DNA from: Camelus dromedarius
Taxonomy: Eukaryota
Assembly: GCF_036321535.1 (NCBI RefSeq)
Contig: NC_087436.1
Span: forward strand, 23,066,001 to 23,130,000
DNA: 64,000 nucleotides
Direction: 5' to 3'
Part shown: in pieces, positions 63,771 to 64,000 of the stretch
How the letters are laid out: every line of letters starts with the position of its first letter
Position numbering within the stretch: position 1 is the stretch's first letter
Position numbers and translations under genes: made by a program
The notes under the pieces: model-generated
What the model was told of the DNA's origin: nothing
Seen by the model: the letters and a program-made list of their open reading frames with translations, nothing else
Databases searched by the model: none

Positions 63771-64000
63771 TGTGAAGGTTGAATAATGACAATGATCCCT
63801 GAAGCCTGTGAATATTATCTCACATAGAAAGGGATTTTTGTAGATGTGATTAAATTAAGGGTCTTGTGAGGGGGAGACCATCCTGGAACATTCAGGGAGA
63901 CCATAAATGCATCACAAGTGTCCTTCTGAGAGGGAGGCAGAGGAAAATTTGACACTGAAGAGGATGAAGGAGATGTGATGACAGTGGAAGCAAGGGAGAT
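63771..64000 (+). mobile_element. MaLR LTR (MLT1C/D-like), runs off the window
   Basis: tgtgaaggttgaataatg...gatgtgattaaattaagggtcttg...atcacaagtgtccttctgagagggaggcagagg. Confidence 0.75.

Overview
Mammalian genomic DNA, most likely camelid (alpaca/llama/camel). This is inferred from six tRNA-derived SINEs matching the camelid Vic-1 type and from young LINE-1 3' ends. Positions 1-19880 are the 3' part of the last intron of RNF150 (+ strand). The last coding exon (19881-19999) encodes the RNF150 C-terminus (S)EQEAAVSSDSDISLIMAMEVGLSDVELSTDQDCEEVKS*. A ~8.4 kb, almost repeat-free 3' UTR follows, with several AATAAA signals and a likely distal end near 28370. The rest (28.4-64 kb) is intergenic and repeat-rich: L1, L2, MIR, MaLR/ERVL/ERV1 solo LTRs, hAT and Tigger fossils. 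In other mammals this interval lies between RNF150 and TBC1D9. Nearly all supplied ORFs are chance ORFs, L1 fragments or antisense shadows. No prokaryote-type system is present. The most interesting unexplained signals are: (1) minus-strand exon-like segments with good splice sites (62585-62474, 57403-57267, 54395-54266, 46367-46174), possibly a decayed unitary pseudogene or a spliced lncRNA with a 54-aa sORF; (2) an unexplained ~112-bp inverted repeat at 45.7-46.4 kb; (3) a templated-insertion scar inside a young L1; (4) a motif-dense distal 3' UTR cassette between alternative poly(A) signals. Repeat family names come from recalled consensus sequences, not from a search, and their boundaries are approximate.
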